NCBI RefSeq assembly: GCF_032191835.1
Contig: NC_083233.1
Span: 23,064,001 to 23,128,000 of the forward strand
Direction: 5' to 3'
Length of the DNA stretch: 64,000 nucleotides
From: Heteronotia binoei
Lineage: Eukaryota
Below, in pieces: positions 1 through 12,956 of the stretch (its first letter is position 1; the number at the start of each line of letters is the position of its first letter). The translations under genes were made by a program, and so were the position numbers. The notes under the pieces are model-generated. The model had not been told where the DNA came from, made no database searches, and worked only from the letters and a program-made list of their open reading frames with translations.

Positions 1-101
1 ATCCTTTGAGACTGCTACATCAATACTGAGTATGATTCATTCATTACAAAAGGCAGGGAGCTAGTCCTGTCTGTGCCTTCGAATAGAAACGGACAGACTG
101 G

Positions 102-300
102 GAGGGGCTGTGGTTCGGTGGGAGAGCATCCACTCAGCATGCCGAAGGTCCCAGTTTTGATCCTTGGCATCTCCAGTTAAAAGATCTGGCAGTAGGTGAT
201 GTGAAGGACCACTGCCTGAGACGTTGGAGAGCCACTGCCATTCTGAGCAGACGTTACTGACTGATTGGCCAAGGGTCTGATTCGATATAAGACAGTTTCC
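102..300 (+). mobile_element. tRNA-derived SINE (Squam3-like), diverged
   Basis: tRNA-like head (tggttcggtgggagagcatcc...gaaggtcccagttttgatcc) then a body matching the copies at 28331, 41209 and 51893. Confidence 0.7.
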
Positions 301-779
301 TGGGGTAACCCCGGGGAACTGAGCCTGCCTGTTCAAGCCGTTCTTGTTGCAAACCCTGCATGCTCCCAACAACCACAACACTGTGGGGTGTTTGGGCCTC
401 TGATCAGAGGCAAGGGACAAAAAAAACGGGCACATTCTAGGAGAAACATCCAATCTCTGCTCCTTCCTTGGCCCTGTGCTCTTCCCCCAACTGTGTTTGC
501 CTTGGTGAAAAGTTGCTGTTCAGAGGGTTTGGGGCAACTTTTTGTTGCATTTGCAAAGCAGTAGGAATGCTCAGCCTCGGTTCAGGAAGCTGCTACCAGC
601 CCAGTCTCCCAGCACTCAAGCAGAAGGGTCCATGTGGGCTAACTAAAGATCGGTCTCATTAGGGACTTCGGTTTTAACTGAATGTTTGGCTCACAGCCTT
701 TCTCTTTGCCCCATGAACCAGCAGTCAGAGTTCAAGGATGAGAACCCTGAGGGCTGCTGCTGCCCCTGCCTCCTGTTAG

Positions 780-912
780 CCATTTTCTGTGCCAAAACAG
801 CATGGGAGGGAAGTCATTTCCCTGTTTTGCTGCTTCACAGAGCAGAGCAGCATGGAGCAGCACCAACAGGGAAATAACTCCCCCTCCTGCACTGTTTTAC
901 TGCAGAAAATGG
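780..912. repeat. Imperfect palindromic (MITE-like) element
   Basis: cattttctg...ggaagtcatttccctgttttgctgct pairs with agcagcaccaacagggaaataactccc...cagaaaatg. Confidence 0.45.
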
Positions 913-3772
913 GGGGAGGGGGAGGCAGGAGGCCTACCTCCCCCTGAGGTGGCATTCTGAGCCTGAATGGGCTCTGCATTACTTTTTAAAGGCAGTTCTC
1001 GGTTTGGAAACCTGGAGCCAGCCGTGACACCTGCTTAAATTGAGCTGGGATCCTGGTCAGGGCATATCTAGCATCAGTTGCCTAGAATTCCACTGCATGG
1101 TCTCCTGGCCATTTTGCTCTGCTGCCTGCCTTACTGCTGGTTGTGTCAGACTTGTGATAGTGGCGGCCATTTTCCTCATTTGGCAGCCATTGTGATTGCC
1201 TCAGAAAGTGAGATCACCTGGACAAAAAGCCGCAGGTAATCCATGTTGAACTGTAAGAACCAGTGTGCTGTAGAGTGGTTAGGTTAGGGAGACCAGGGTT
1301 CGAATCCCAGCACAACCTGAAACTTCTTGAATGACCTTAAGCCAATAATTCTCTTTCTTAGCCTAACCTAACTCACAGACAGATTTTATGTGAGGATAGA
1401 AGGAGGCAGTGTGAGAACCATATATGCTTCCCTGAGCTCCCTGGAGGAAGGGTTGGAGGGAAAATAAAATAAACAGACATTATAACAAATACAAAAATGA
1501 ATGACAGGTCACCATGTTTTATGAGGCCTACTAAAATGTCACAGAGGAGTTGGCAAGTTTTTGAGTCCACCAGGACTCTTCTTCAGGTTGCTTTTTGTGC
1601 CAGACTTTAGGGGGAAACAAATCTGATGAAGACTGTTTCTGAGTAATAGAGAGGAAGCTTTGCTGGTAGCAATTTTGGGGGTTTTGCTTTTTAAGAACAC
1701 CCCTCCCCCTTTCAAATACAAACAGAGTAAGGAGCCCAGTGCCCTTAATTGAAACGGGGTGGAAATTGGGCAGATTAGGATTAAACCTTCCCTGCACAGA
1801 GAAGTCCTGAGGTAAATCCAAGTTGCACAAGCTTGCAGATTGCCTTTTCTAGACCAAAGAAATGGGTGTATCTTGAGCCCACCTTTGGCTGAGCCCAGAG
1901 ATCTTTCTCTTTTTTTTGCACCTAGCAGAGTTAGTTTAGTTGCCTTCTTCACAGCAGAGCAGTATTTCTCTAGCAGGACTGGTTCCATCTTTTTTCTCTC
2001 TTGTTTTGTGGAAGAGCACCTCATTTCGTTGCTCTCTTTTTGTTGAGAACAATGACAATAAATCTATCTATCTATCATTGGGTCCCCCCGCCCCCCCCCT
2101 TGTCATCCGATCCGGTAAAAATCTAGTTCCCCAGCCGCTTGTAATGGCCTCTGATTCCTCTTGATGATGTCCAGGGAGTGCTTTTTAACTTTTGGATTCA
2201 ACCTTGGGAGAAGGGGCCTTCCTGCATTCTTTGTCCCATCTGAGTGGAACAAAACCAGCCTCTCCCTGTGCATCCCAGTGGTCCCTTTTAAATGCAGTTA
2301 AGGAAGTAATGTGTACAAATCTAGCCTGTAGTTGAGCTCACGGGCCTCCCTATCAATGCTCGCTCTAAGCTGTGGAGTCTTGTGAGCAAAAATTCTACTT
2401 TGTGAGCTACTGCATCGATTAGTTTGCTCTGGAGCCATTTTTCTTGAGCGAAGACAAAAACGTGTGAGTTGGAGGCTAAAAAAATATGAGCTACTTCACA
2501 CTAACTCAGCGTAGAGAGAACACTGCTGCCTATATATCATTGCGATTTTTGATTGTGTGGCAACATCCTGTGTTCATGCATGTCTTAAGTGTGACGGGTG
2601 AATGTTACCCTGAAGTGCAGCAGAAATGGCGTTTTGCCTGATCCAAAGCCCTACGTATAGCGCTGGTCTATTTTGGGACTGGCAAAGCATAATTTTTCAC
2701 CAGGTTCTTAAACTTTAAAGGCATTTCCGTTCCCTGGATAAAATGTTTCCTTAGCTCATTAGCTAACAGGATCTGCTGCAAGAGGTGAGCTCTTCCTCAC
2801 CCCCATTTTGCCAAGTTAAAAAAACTTCAAACACCCCCCCCCCCTGCATTGCCGAGGGAACTGTGCTACATGTGAGTGTATAAGAGGGCCACGAGAAGCT
2901 GGTCCCCCCCCCCCCCCGGCTACGTTGCTTTGGACAGAGAAACAAGCAAGCTCCCTGCAGGCATAGCTCTGCACAAGAGGCTGCCACCCTCAGTCCATCC
3001 CAGGTTCACTAATCTCATTTACCCAAAAAATCTTTGTCGGGATTTAGTGAGAGGCTGAAAATAGCCACTGGGTCAGTAGCCACAAGGGGGAGCTGTGACA
3101 AACTCTCCGGAGTCCCCTTTGGAAAACAGGAAAGGTTATGTGAAGTGTGAGGATTTAAAGTGCTGTCAAGTTGTGGCTTCGATGACCTTACTGGAATTTT
3201 CAAGGCAACAGACCTTCCGCGGTGGTTGGCTATGGCGACCCTGGAATCCCCTGGTGGTCTCCCATCCGAGGACTGACAAGGGCCCACCCTCCTCAGCTTC
3301 TGAGATCCGACAAGATGGGGCTCACCTGGCCCATGAGGATCTCCTGGTAAAAGAACAAACGGGCTGTCTTCTCTCCCCCTGCAAAGACCAAGGCTTTGGA
3401 AAGCATGGTCCCAAAGGGAAATACAAGAAATGAAGGGAGGGAGGGAGGGTGCCAGACCCGTTAGTTCCACCAAAAAAACCCTGGGTTTAGAAATGCATAA
3501 AGGTTTTTGACATGTTTTTATATGATATTTAAATGTCTGTTTGAAGTGCAAGTTTAAAATAAACTGTCATTGCTGTATTTCTGGTTGTCACGTTGCTGGC
3601 TTACTCCTGGTATTCGGCATGATTAAGCCCGACAGGAGCACGACACGAGGCCTGGTCACACTGCACAAATGACTAGTGGCAGTTATCTGGTCTGGTAACT
3701 TGAGAACGCATGTTGTTTATTTCTAGTTGGATTCCCTATTTGGTTAAAGAGATATCATCCGTTTATCTCTAT

Positions 3773-4060
3773 GAGAGCCAGTTTGGTGTAGCAGTTAAGT
3801 GTGCAGACTCTTATCTGGGAGAACCGAGTTAGATTCCCAACTCCTCCACTTGCAGCTGCTGGAATGGCCTTGGGTCAGCCATAGCTCTGGCAGAGGTTGT
3901 CCTTGAAAGGGCAGCTGCTGTGAGAGCCCTCTCAGCCCCACCCACCTCACAGGGTGTCTGTTGTGGGGGAGGAAGATAAAGGAGATTGTGAGGCGCTCTG
4001 AGATGCTGAGATTCGGAGTGGAGGGCGGGATATAAATCCAATATCTTCTTTCTTCTTCTT
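3773..4060 (+). mobile_element. tRNA-derived SINE with L2/MIR-like tail (most abundant family here)
   Basis: gagagccagtttggtgtag...ttaagtgtgcagactc head; tail gagggcgggatataaatcc + (CTT)n; more than 10 similar copies in the window. Confidence 0.85.
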
Positions 4061-4895
4061 CATGATTTTTCTCCTTCAGTTTGTCCACAGGCTATTTTTT
4101 CCTAGTCTCGCACCCAGCAGAAACTCCTCTTCCTTACTTGCAGCCATTCATAGCCTTCTTTCTTACACCCTCCTTCCCAATCTTTCTGATCGCATAACCC
4201 AATACAGCCTAGTTTGGTATGGCCTTCCGTGTTGCTGGCCTACCTCTCTTGGCTGCCTGAATTGCTCCTGCTGTCAGATGCCTTTTTGCCATAGTGCTGC
4301 GGAAACCTGGAACTAAAACAGTAGTCTTCTTTCCAGACCAGGGACTGCACGGCGAGCACATGAACCAGAGATACAACCCCCATTGGCATCAAGGCTGGCC
4401 TACCAAGATGACTGGGAACAGGAGAAACAAAACTGGGTACCAAAAGGTATACTCTACTGAGGAAGAAGCAGAAAGCTCAGAGCCAGGGGAAAGGAATCCT
4501 TGCCACCACAAAGCGACCCTCTTCTGCTGCGGCCTCCTTGTGTGCACATGAACAAACACAGAAAAGTGTTGCCAAAAAACAGAAAAGCGGGAACTGCTGC
4601 AGCCCTGTACATGCACACTATTCATTTATATCCCATTCAGTGTGGGCCCAAAAGCATCTTGCGTCATCCTCTGGTCCTCTACTTTATCCACATGATGAAT
4701 CAATTTGGTCGGTTAGGTTAAGAGCTTCCATGGCAGAGTGGAGATTCAAACCTGGATCTCCCAGATCCTAGTCCAACTCTAACCACTCCACCAGACTGGC
4801 TCTCCAACAGGAGTAAATCCTTCCGAAAGGCAGCCCCCCACACACACACAGGTGGCAATAGTGGGAACAGGATCCAGCAAGTGGAGCTCTTCCAG

Positions 4896-5178
4896 CAGGG
4901 GTGGCCAAACTTGCTTAATGTAAGAGCCACAAAGAATAAATGTCAGATGTTTGAGAACCTCAAGGTGAGAAGGAAACAAATAGATTGGAGGAGGGACATG
5001 GAAAGAAAGCAACTTTAAATTCATTTGCCAAGCTGCCAGCTAACTTGGTTTGGAACAGTGATTTAAAGAGACAAATGCCATCTCCAAGCCAGCCAATGGG
5101 AAAGTGGGGGCTTGAGAATCACACAATTTGTGTGAAAGAGCCACATGTGGCTCTTGATCTGCCATTTGGCCACCCCTG
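4896..5178. mobile_element. hAT-type MITE (TIR CAGGGGTGGCCAAA)
   Basis: caggggtggccaaac ... atttggccacccctg; related copies at 32318-33995 and 52504-52820. Confidence 0.8.
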
Positions 5179-5785
5179 CTCTGCAGCCTCCGAGTGTCCC
5201 AATCCATGGGTAGAAGGCCACCACCCTGTATCACCCGCAGGACTTTACTCTTGCTTCTTTCCTTTTGCAGGGCCTTGTGCCCATGGCCCCCCATGCTGAA
5301 GCTAAGCTGAGCTGAAATGAAATTAAGACATTCTTTCCTCTGTTTATCCCAGCCTCCATTTCCCCTTGTCGTCTTGTACTCTATAAACCAGCAGGCATAT
5401 TGATTTTAAATAACAAGAATAGATGCAGGGTATGGAGAAAAACTCCCAAGGAAGAAAATGTAATAGGGCTGTGTTAACACTAAGCTTCTCTTTCACTTCG
5501 AGAGGCTTTTTGCTAAACTGAGTCAGACCGCCAAGCCCAGAATTTGCTACTCTTACTGGCAGTGGCTTTCCAATATGTATCGTTTTGTGCCAGAGCGACA
5601 GAGGTCTGTGTTACTGGCAAGTTTTGGAGCTCCTGGATCCAGGCCTTTGCACTGGGCAGCGTGCCAACTCAAAGCTTACATTCATCTATTTCAGCTGCTG
5701 CAGCTTGTGGGCTTTCCTAATGGATCTCTCAGAACAGTGGTTTTCGAATGTTCTGATCCCTAAGAACTTCTGTGTTAATGGGTCA

Positions 5786-6126
5786 GAAGAAAGAAGAAAA
5801 AAGAAGATATTGAATTTATATCCCTCCCTATACTCTGAATCTCAGAAAAAGATGGTATTGGATTTATATCCCACCCTATACTCTGAATCTCAGAGCAGTC
5901 ACAGTCTCCTTTACCTCCGCCTCCCCCCCCCCCCGTAACAGACACCTTGTGAGGTGGGTGGAGCCAAGAGAGCTCTTACAGCAGCTGCCCTTTCAAGGAC
6001 AACTCCCACGAGAGCTATGGCTGACCCAAGGCCATTCCAGCAGCTGCAAGTGGAAGAGAGGGGAATCAAACCCGGTTCTTCCAGATAAGAGTCCACACAC
6101 TTAACCACTGCACCATACTGGCTCTC
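5786..6126 (-). mobile_element. tRNA-derived SINE copy with duplicated 3' tail
   Basis: Reverse complement of the 3773 family; the tail segment tatt(g)gatttatatccc...tatactctgaatctcag occurs twice. Confidence 0.85.
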
Positions 6127-6535
6127 AAACTGGCCCTGATGCAGGATCCCGGTATAATTTGAGGCGGCTACTGTAATCAGCCACGTACCCTAGAATGTGT
6201 TATCACATTCTTGGGACTGTGAGCGGCAGCAACTTAGTCACAGCAGCCCAGCTGTCTGCCAAAAAAACTTTCCTCCCATTGTTCATCCGCTTAAGCTGAT
6301 AAACTTGTCTGAGGAAGGCAGAGAATTGCTCTAGCTGGAGCCCCAGGCTAGGCACAAGCAGCTGCTGAAATACTGGTTGTAATAACTGGTATTCTCAAAC
6401 TGCAGTGACTGATAAGGGCTTACAGTCAGTTGGGAGGAAAGGCAGCTTCCTACGAGCATCCATGGATTCGTTCCTCCTGAATTTTGCAATATCCGACCAA
6501 CTGGCTGTTTGTTGGAGAAAACGCAGTGCAATATT

Positions 6536-6818
6536 TAAGAACATAAGAGAAGCCATGTTGGATCAGGCCAGTGGCCCATCCAGTCCACCATTCTGTGTCA
6601 CACAGTGGCCAAAAAACCCAGGTGCCATCAGGAGGTCCATCAGTGGGGGCAGGACACTAGAAGTCCTCGCACTGTACTCCCCCCTTCCCAAGCACCAAGA
6701 ATACAGAGCATCACTGCCCCAGACAGAGAGTTCCAACAATACACTGTGGCTAATACCACTGATGGACCTCTGCTCCATATGTTTATCCAATCCCCTCTTG
6801 AAGCTGTCTATGCTTGTA
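6536..6818 (-). mobile_element. CR1 LINE 3' end fragment
   Basis: taagaacataagagaagccatgttggatcagg start; encodes ...LDKHMEQRSISG, the same C-terminal fragment as the 13.5 kb copy. Confidence 0.8.
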
Positions 6819-8512
6819 CAGAGCAGGTTCAGCGTGTTCAGAGCATTTTCTACATTCCCAGTAAGACACTGAGAGAGCAGTAAAGAAAATGCCCGATTTA
6901 GGCTAGGTTCACATCTAGTGTTGCCAACCTCCAGGTGGGGAGAAGGAAGAAGGGGGACTCCCTGCGTTAAAGAACTCTGAAAAAGAAAATGCTGGGAAAT
7001 ACGGCTTACTACTTTACCTCAAGATTTCTCACAAAAGCTGATATTAGACGCCTTGTAACCTTTTGGGAGGAGCCCCGTGGCGCAGAGTGGTAAAGCTGCA
7101 GTATTGCCGTCTGAGCTCTGCTCATGACCTGAGTTCGATCCCGGCAGAAGTATTTGGACGGGAGACCTCCAGAGACTACCAGAACTGGGAGGCAGAGGCA
7201 GGCTATCAAGCCACTTCTCTGAGTGTCCTTCGCGTCCCAACAGGAGTCACCAGATGGCATCATGATTTCCCGGCATGGGCACACACACATAAACACAAAA
7301 TGCAAAAGAAAGACGGACAAGCTAAATGTGGGGCTGAGCCGCTGTTTGTGCACCAGATACCCAAATGATCACACGTATACAATTAAAAAGAATTGTTCAG
7401 ATCATATATTTTTGCAGCATGGTATTTAAAGAGACTTAACACAGATTTAATCTTTCCACCGCCTTTGGTGACGCCTGGCTATGATGTACACAGAACATTG
7501 CAGTGGTCTTGAAGTTACAGCAACACTGGGAGTTATCATCACGAACACAGAGTAGTAAAAGATGTTCAAAGTCCCAGGAGGGAGGGAGAGAGAAAGGGAG
7601 GGAGGGAGGGAGGGTGGGGAATTCAGTAGGGTCTCCATTGGGGAAAGGGGGATGGTACAAGTCACATTCAATTCCTTTCGCCGAAATCAGGCTTTGCTTG
7701 CTCGAATTGCAGAGTGTGGACTTTTTCTTTTAAAAAAAATACATCTTACCACTCTGGCTTTCTGTAAAGTGACTATTGCTTTTTTAAAAAAAAAAACCAA
7801 ACAAACCACACCATACATATCCCTGAAAATTTGCTGCTTCCACAACAGCGTTCACATACTCAGTATTGTGCAATTAGATTCAAGTGCTAATAAATCTACA
7901 GCTTGGAGGGCAGGTGACCTTCCCGTTTTAAAGATGAGGAAACTGAGGCACACAGGTAACTGAACTAAGGTGTATTGCCCAGCCGAAAGAGGGTCTGCCT
8001 CCCAAAGCTTTAGTTGCCGGCGTTATCTTACATCTGCGCTGCGCATGGCAGCGGAGGGTTTCTGAGCAGACTGGGAAGATGGGGAAATGAGTTTCTACTG
8101 CAGCTCAAACAAGAGACTTATTTACATAACACGTCAAATGGATTGTCTCAAAAATTCTAACTTCCAGCAGACTGTCCTGTGCGCACACAAGAACACGAGC
8201 CTGCTCAGGTTTGACCTTGCAGTGGAATATTGCTACTCTTGACAATAGATTAGGTTACAGTGAACACGGAACACCAAATTTGTCTACTTGGACATCATTC
8301 ACTATAAGGCTACAGAAGTGACAACGTTTTGTCGGTAGAACTAACAGACGGGACTGTGGTTTTCCAGCTTCGGAGAGAAGCCGCCTGGCGTTTTGTTTCT
8401 TGGAGCGGTCTCTGGTGCAAACAGCACTGCTGAGGTATAGCTCGAGAAAGCTGGCGCAGGTGTTTTGAATTTCCAGGAAAAGGCCGGCGTTCTGTGAAAG
8501 GCGAGCGCTTCC

Positions 8513-8682
8513 TTAGGCATGCGGGCCCTGAGTCCCTTTGGGAGCTGATTTCTGCTTCTGCCTCTCTTTTTCCTCTAGCTCAAACCCAGAGCAACAGATG
8601 GACCTGCCCGGGGGATACCGGCTACAGCATTTTCTCATCTCCTGGAGGACGGCTTCACATTTCGACTCCATGTAATTGTTGG
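8513..8682 (-). CDS. CMC4: CMC4 (p8-MTCP1, twin CX9C mitochondrial protein), last coding exon
   Basis: Acceptor ttttcccag|; (A)NNYMESKCEAVLQEMRKCCSRYPPGRSICCSGFELEEKERQKQKSAPKGTQGPHA*; phase 1 fits the upstream exon; 58+170=228 nt (75 aa). Confidence 0.96.
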
Positions 8683-8790
8683 CTGGGAAAAGCAAAAGTG
8701 GGGAAACAGCAATCAGTGAATGAAATGCAAAAGATTGCTGGGCGCAATGGCTGCTTTTAAAGATCTATCTTGTTCTGGGTTTTTTGTACT

Positions 8791-9066
8791 TAAAGGTAGT
8801 CTCCTGTGCAAGCACCAGTCATTTCTGATTCTGGGGTGACGTCGCAGCACGACATTTTCACGGCAGACTTTTTAACGGGGTGGTTTGCCATTGCCTTCCC
8901 CCGTCATCTACACTTTCCCCCCAGCAATCTGGGCACTCATTTTACTGACCTCAGAAGGATGGAAGGCTGAGTCAACCTCAAGCTGGCTACCTGAACCCAG
9001 CTTCCGCTGGGATTGAACTCAGGTCATGAGCGGAGAGCTCAGACTGCAGAACTGCAGCTTTACCAA
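8791..9066 (+). mobile_element. Sauria SINE
   Basis: aaaggtagtctcctgtgcaagcaccagtc...ggtttgccattgccttcccc...ggaaggctgagtcaacc; similar copies at 39711(-), 50992(+), 61815(+). Confidence 0.85.
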
Positions 9067-10243
9067 GGTGGCTTACAACACCATTCTCCCATTCCCTCCA
9101 TTTTATCCTTACAGTCACACACACACACACACACACACACCCGTAGTAAGTAGTGACTAGCCCACGGTCACTCAGTTATCTTCCACAACAGAGGAAGGAT
9201 TTGAACCTGGGTCTTCCAGCCCCTAGTCTAAGACTCCACCACAGTCCCAGATCTTCTCTGTGCCGCTCCCCCAGCTGCTTCCTAACTCCCCTCTCATTTC
9301 ATGACTGCAGCTCCCCCTCCCCACACAAGGCCACGTGGACTGCTAGCAGAATCCTCTCAAATGCAAGCACTACCCTTATAACCAGGGGTCATTTTGTAGA
9401 GGAAAAAGGTGCAGGAGCTCAGTAGCATGTCTCATTTGCATATGCCCCGGGATCTGTGTGCAGCGGGGAGAGAACTCCCCACTGCGTGCAGACCCTGGCT
9501 GGAGGTTCAGGAGCTGCACTCCTGTGAACTTCTGCTGAATTCAAGCCCTGCTTATAATCAAGCAGCGGCTGGTCAGAGAGCTTCACTTCTCTGCCCTTGG
9601 CATTTCAGAAGAGCCTGGGCATGTTCTCTCAGCCCATTCTCTCCCTGTCAGTCTCTCAGCCAAATGATTCAGAGGTCAGTATCCCTTGCCAGTCGGTCAG
9701 GTTCCCTGTGGGCAGGAAGGAGGTGTTTACACTGGCTTTTCAGGGCCCGCTCTTCTCCCTAATGGCAAGGCGTTCAGCAGCCATGGCATCCTGCTAACAG
9801 AAATCCTAACCTTCCATTTGACTCATGATGCACTCCTACCTATTGCCTCGTAGCAGCCTAGAGCAGAGAGGACTGCGTGCTCTCTGGACGTTCACAGAAC
9901 GTTCAAGTTCCAGGTAAACACAGCTAAGGCCCTGAGAAACTTCCTCCGCAACTCTCTGCCTGCAGAGCCTCTGAGCTCCCACGACTGCTCCGCTGCGTGC
10001 CATGAAACGGCCCAAGCCACTTTCTCCATGGATGCAGGAAGGGTTCCAGGTGCTTGCAAACAAAGGTAAAAAAAGCCGACAGCCCTAAACTTGAAAGCGA
10101 CCTCCATTTCCTTCTAACAATGCCTTCCTACGAAGTCTATTTTGGGCACTTTTGCTATTTCAACCGCAAAAACAAACGAAACCTTGCACCGACATAGCGG
10201 GACGGGTGAAACGGAAACACAGCCAAAGGATATCGCAGCATAC

Positions 10244-10301
10244 CTTGCAAACATTTCTGGATTTCACAGGCTTGCTTCTGGCAGGGGTCTTTCTGAGACA
10301 T
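10244..10301 (-). CDS. CMC4: CMC4 first coding exon
   Basis: MSQKDPCQKQACEIQKCLQ+G|gtatgc; acceptor ttttgcag| 10 nt before the ATG (exon starts at 10311); CX9C motif CQKQACEIQKC. Confidence 0.96.
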
Positions 10302-10816
10302 GTCGAGAGAACTGCAAAAACAGAGGGGGGGGGGGGAATTGCTGTGATCGGAGCCTGGAGAGGGGGAGAAAACAAGTTGGCCTAATTGAAGCCTTATAAA
10401 ACCAATGAAAGCTTCACCCCCCAGATTCTGATGGTGCAGGGTACAGCCCTTTAGGATCTTTGTTGCCCCGTCCCACTTTTCTTGCACAGCTAGGAAAGTT
10501 CCCTTTAAAAGCCGCCTGCAGCCATGGAGCTGCCTGGAATGAGGCCCATTGCTTTGCTGTAGCCGGCATAGCAGGAATAACTCCCCTCTCCCCTAGATGA
10601 AGTCAAGCAAGGACAATATAAGCACAGAACACATTTGGAAAGGCTTGTGCACAGAAGCACCTTGCGGGTCTCCTCTTCTTGCTTGGCTTCGACTTGGTGC
10701 TTTTCCATCTGGCAAATTCCGGGTTCCTCTCTGCTCGCCACCCCCTTCCCGTTCCTCATTGTTCTGGAATGACGCTGAGAATAACACAACTGTCCACTAG
10801 ACAGTTTCCCCTAGCA

Positions 10817-11307
10817 CAGGGGTGCCAAACTCATTTGTTATGAGGGATGGATCTGACATAAATGAGACCTTGTTGGGCCAGGCCATGCGTGTACCGATTT
10901 AAGATTAGCTAGCAGAGATATGCACTTTTAAAAGGACAAAGACAAACATGACTAAAGATTTAAAACAAAACAAAATAAAACATGCTTAAAACATTAGTAC
11001 TTGTTGGTCTTAAAGGTGCTTTCATTGTATGTCTCCCGTGAGATCCAGGGAACTGGGCAAAGGAAGCTCTGGCTCTTTCCCTCCCTCCCCAGAGATTGAG
11101 GAGGGGGAGGAGCCTCAACCAATGGAGAAAATAGAGGTTTTGCTCTGTAGCTCCTGTCCAATTGAGCAAACCTTGTAAAGTAAGTTGAGAGGAAAAGGAA
11201 GTAAGAGAGAGGGAGAAGGAAGCAGACAAGAGCCAGTTGCTCAGAGGCCTGATAGGAGCCCTCTGAGGGCCTAATTTGGCGCCCAGGCCTCATGTTTGAC
11301 ACCCCTG
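10817..11307. mobile_element. hAT-type MITE (TIR CAGGGGTGTCAAAC)
   Basis: caggggtgccaaac...gtttgacacccctg; 8-bp TSD ccctagca/gcctagca; relatives at 35602-36216 and 49220-49805. Confidence 0.85.
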
Positions 11308-11879
11308 GCCTAGCACAATTGAGGGACTGTGTGTGTCAAAAGGCTTTATTAGGACAGAGAAACATTCTTTGTGATGTAGTAGTGGTGTCACCTTGGGAAC
11401 AAACTGGGAGGAAAGGAAAGGTCCCCTGTGCAAGCACCAGTCGTTTCTGACTCTGGGGTGACATTGCTTTCTGGGAAGAAGATCCTAAAAAGGGAGATGA
11501 TCGAAGTAAGCATTGATACTTGTTGGCAGGGGAACTGAGAGATCAAGGTCTCCCCCTCCAAGTGAATAAGAAATCAATGCTCTGTAAAACTCTGGAAAGG
11601 ACAACATAATTCCTGGAAAAATCAGCAACAGGTTTACAGGATAACGAGCCCAATTAGCCACACGCTCTGCCATTAAGTCACCCGGCGCTTTTCTAGGCAC
11701 TGGTCTCAGCCAGAAGAGAAGAGCATTTTCCTGGATCAGACCAAGAGTCCAACATTCCATCTCCAACAGCGGCCAAAGCTTCCGAGAATGCCACAAGCAG
11801 GACATGTTGAGGACTACTCTCCCTTCTTCTTGACCACCCCCCCCCCACAAAAAAAAGCTTTCCAACTGGGGAGGGGCGA

Positions 11880-12228
11880 TTCTTCAAGTACTTTTGAAGG
11901 GCTGTCATCTAGAGGATGGTGTGGAATTGTTTTCTGTGGCCCCAGAAGGTAGGACCAGAACCAGTGGGTTGAAATTAAAGCAAAAAGAGTTTCCGGCTCA
12001 ACATTAGGAAGAACTTCCTGACCGCTAGAGCGATTCCTCAGTGGAACAGGCGTCCTCGGGAGGTGGTGGGTTCTCCTTCCTTGGAGGTTTTTAAACGGAG
12101 GCTAGATGGCCATCTGACAGCAATGAGGATCCTGTGAATTTAGGGGGAGGTATTTGTGAGTTTCCCGCATTGTGCAGGGGGGGCTGGACTAGATGACCCT
12201 GGAGGTCCCTTCCAACTCTATGATTCCA
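11880..12228 (+). mobile_element. CR1 LINE 3' end (RT C-terminus and 3' UTR)
   Basis: ...caacattaggaagaacttcctgacc...cagtggaacagg...ggaggtcccttccaactctatgattc, a typical CR1 terminus. Confidence 0.85.
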
Positions 12229-12526
12229 TGCTGCCTACCTAAAACTCCCACTATGATTTCAATTGGGCCAGGGCACTCTTTTGCCACTGCTTGTCCTAAG
12301 CTCTTGGATGGTGCTGCTGCGAGCTATGAAAAGAGATGCCTGCCACACTCCTGACAGTTGCATGTTACTGCTGGGAGTGGCCACATAAAAACAAACAGGG
12401 ACAGCATCCTAGAGTCACAGCTCCTGAAAGACAAAAACCAGCATTAAAAGAACCTCTAGGAGCAAAAAAAATAACACATGAGCGCAAAGGCAGGAGGAAA
12501 GGGGAGAGTAAGGCCACCCACCAGAT

Positions 12527-12574
12527 TTAATCGCTTGGCAGAAGTCTCAGAAGCAGCTCCTCCACTCCCATGAT
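12527..12574 (-). CDS. MTCP1: MTCP1 (p13, TCL1 family) last coding exon
   Basis: Acceptor tgtctctcacag|; IMGVEELLLRLLPSD* resembles the human C-terminus VRGVQELLLKLLPDD. Confidence 0.92.
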   Translation of the reverse strand: MMGVEELLLRLLPSD

Positions 12575-12668
12575 CTGTGAGAGACACAAAAACAGTCAGG
12601 GGGGATGTGTGTTGGTTTTAGGCTGATTTATGGCAAAGGGAAATGTCGTGGTTTGCGTGTAGCCTTAC

Positions 12669-12839
12669 CAGCAAATGGTGTTCGATACCCCAGATCCGGA
12701 AGTTGCTGTCTCTGTACTGCTGCCCCTCGGAAAGCTGCCACATGTGGGGCAGCTGGGATGCAGGCAGGCGGCTGGGGCGTACTGCCTCACCCAGGGGGAC
12801 CTGGACTCTTCGGATCCGGGCTTTCAGCGTGCCTGCCTC
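12669..12839 (-). CDS. MTCP1: MTCP1 middle coding exon
   Basis: cttctcccgcag|EAGTLKARIRRVQVPLGEAVRPSRLPASQLPHMWQLSEGQQYRDSNFRIWGIEHHLL|gtaagg; 171 nt, phase 0; TCL1/MTCP1 motif QLPxMWQL. Confidence 0.95.
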
Positions 12840-12956
12840 CTGCGGGAGAAGTACAAAACAAAGCAAACAACATGACCCACTGCTTTATTTTTTTTTTGAA
12901 GGTTAACACACTCCAAATAAATCAAAAAGACAACTGCTGAGAATGTTCTTACTTGC

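Noticed and set aside
3773-3850. tRNA genes suggested by A/B-box-like heads (also at 28331, 41400, 52050)
   Set aside because: Each continues into a SINE body and tail; these are SINE heads, not tRNA genes.
1-8500. FUNDC2 or VBP1, the mammalian neighbours
   Set aside because: No exon matching their proteins was found here or elsewhere in the window.
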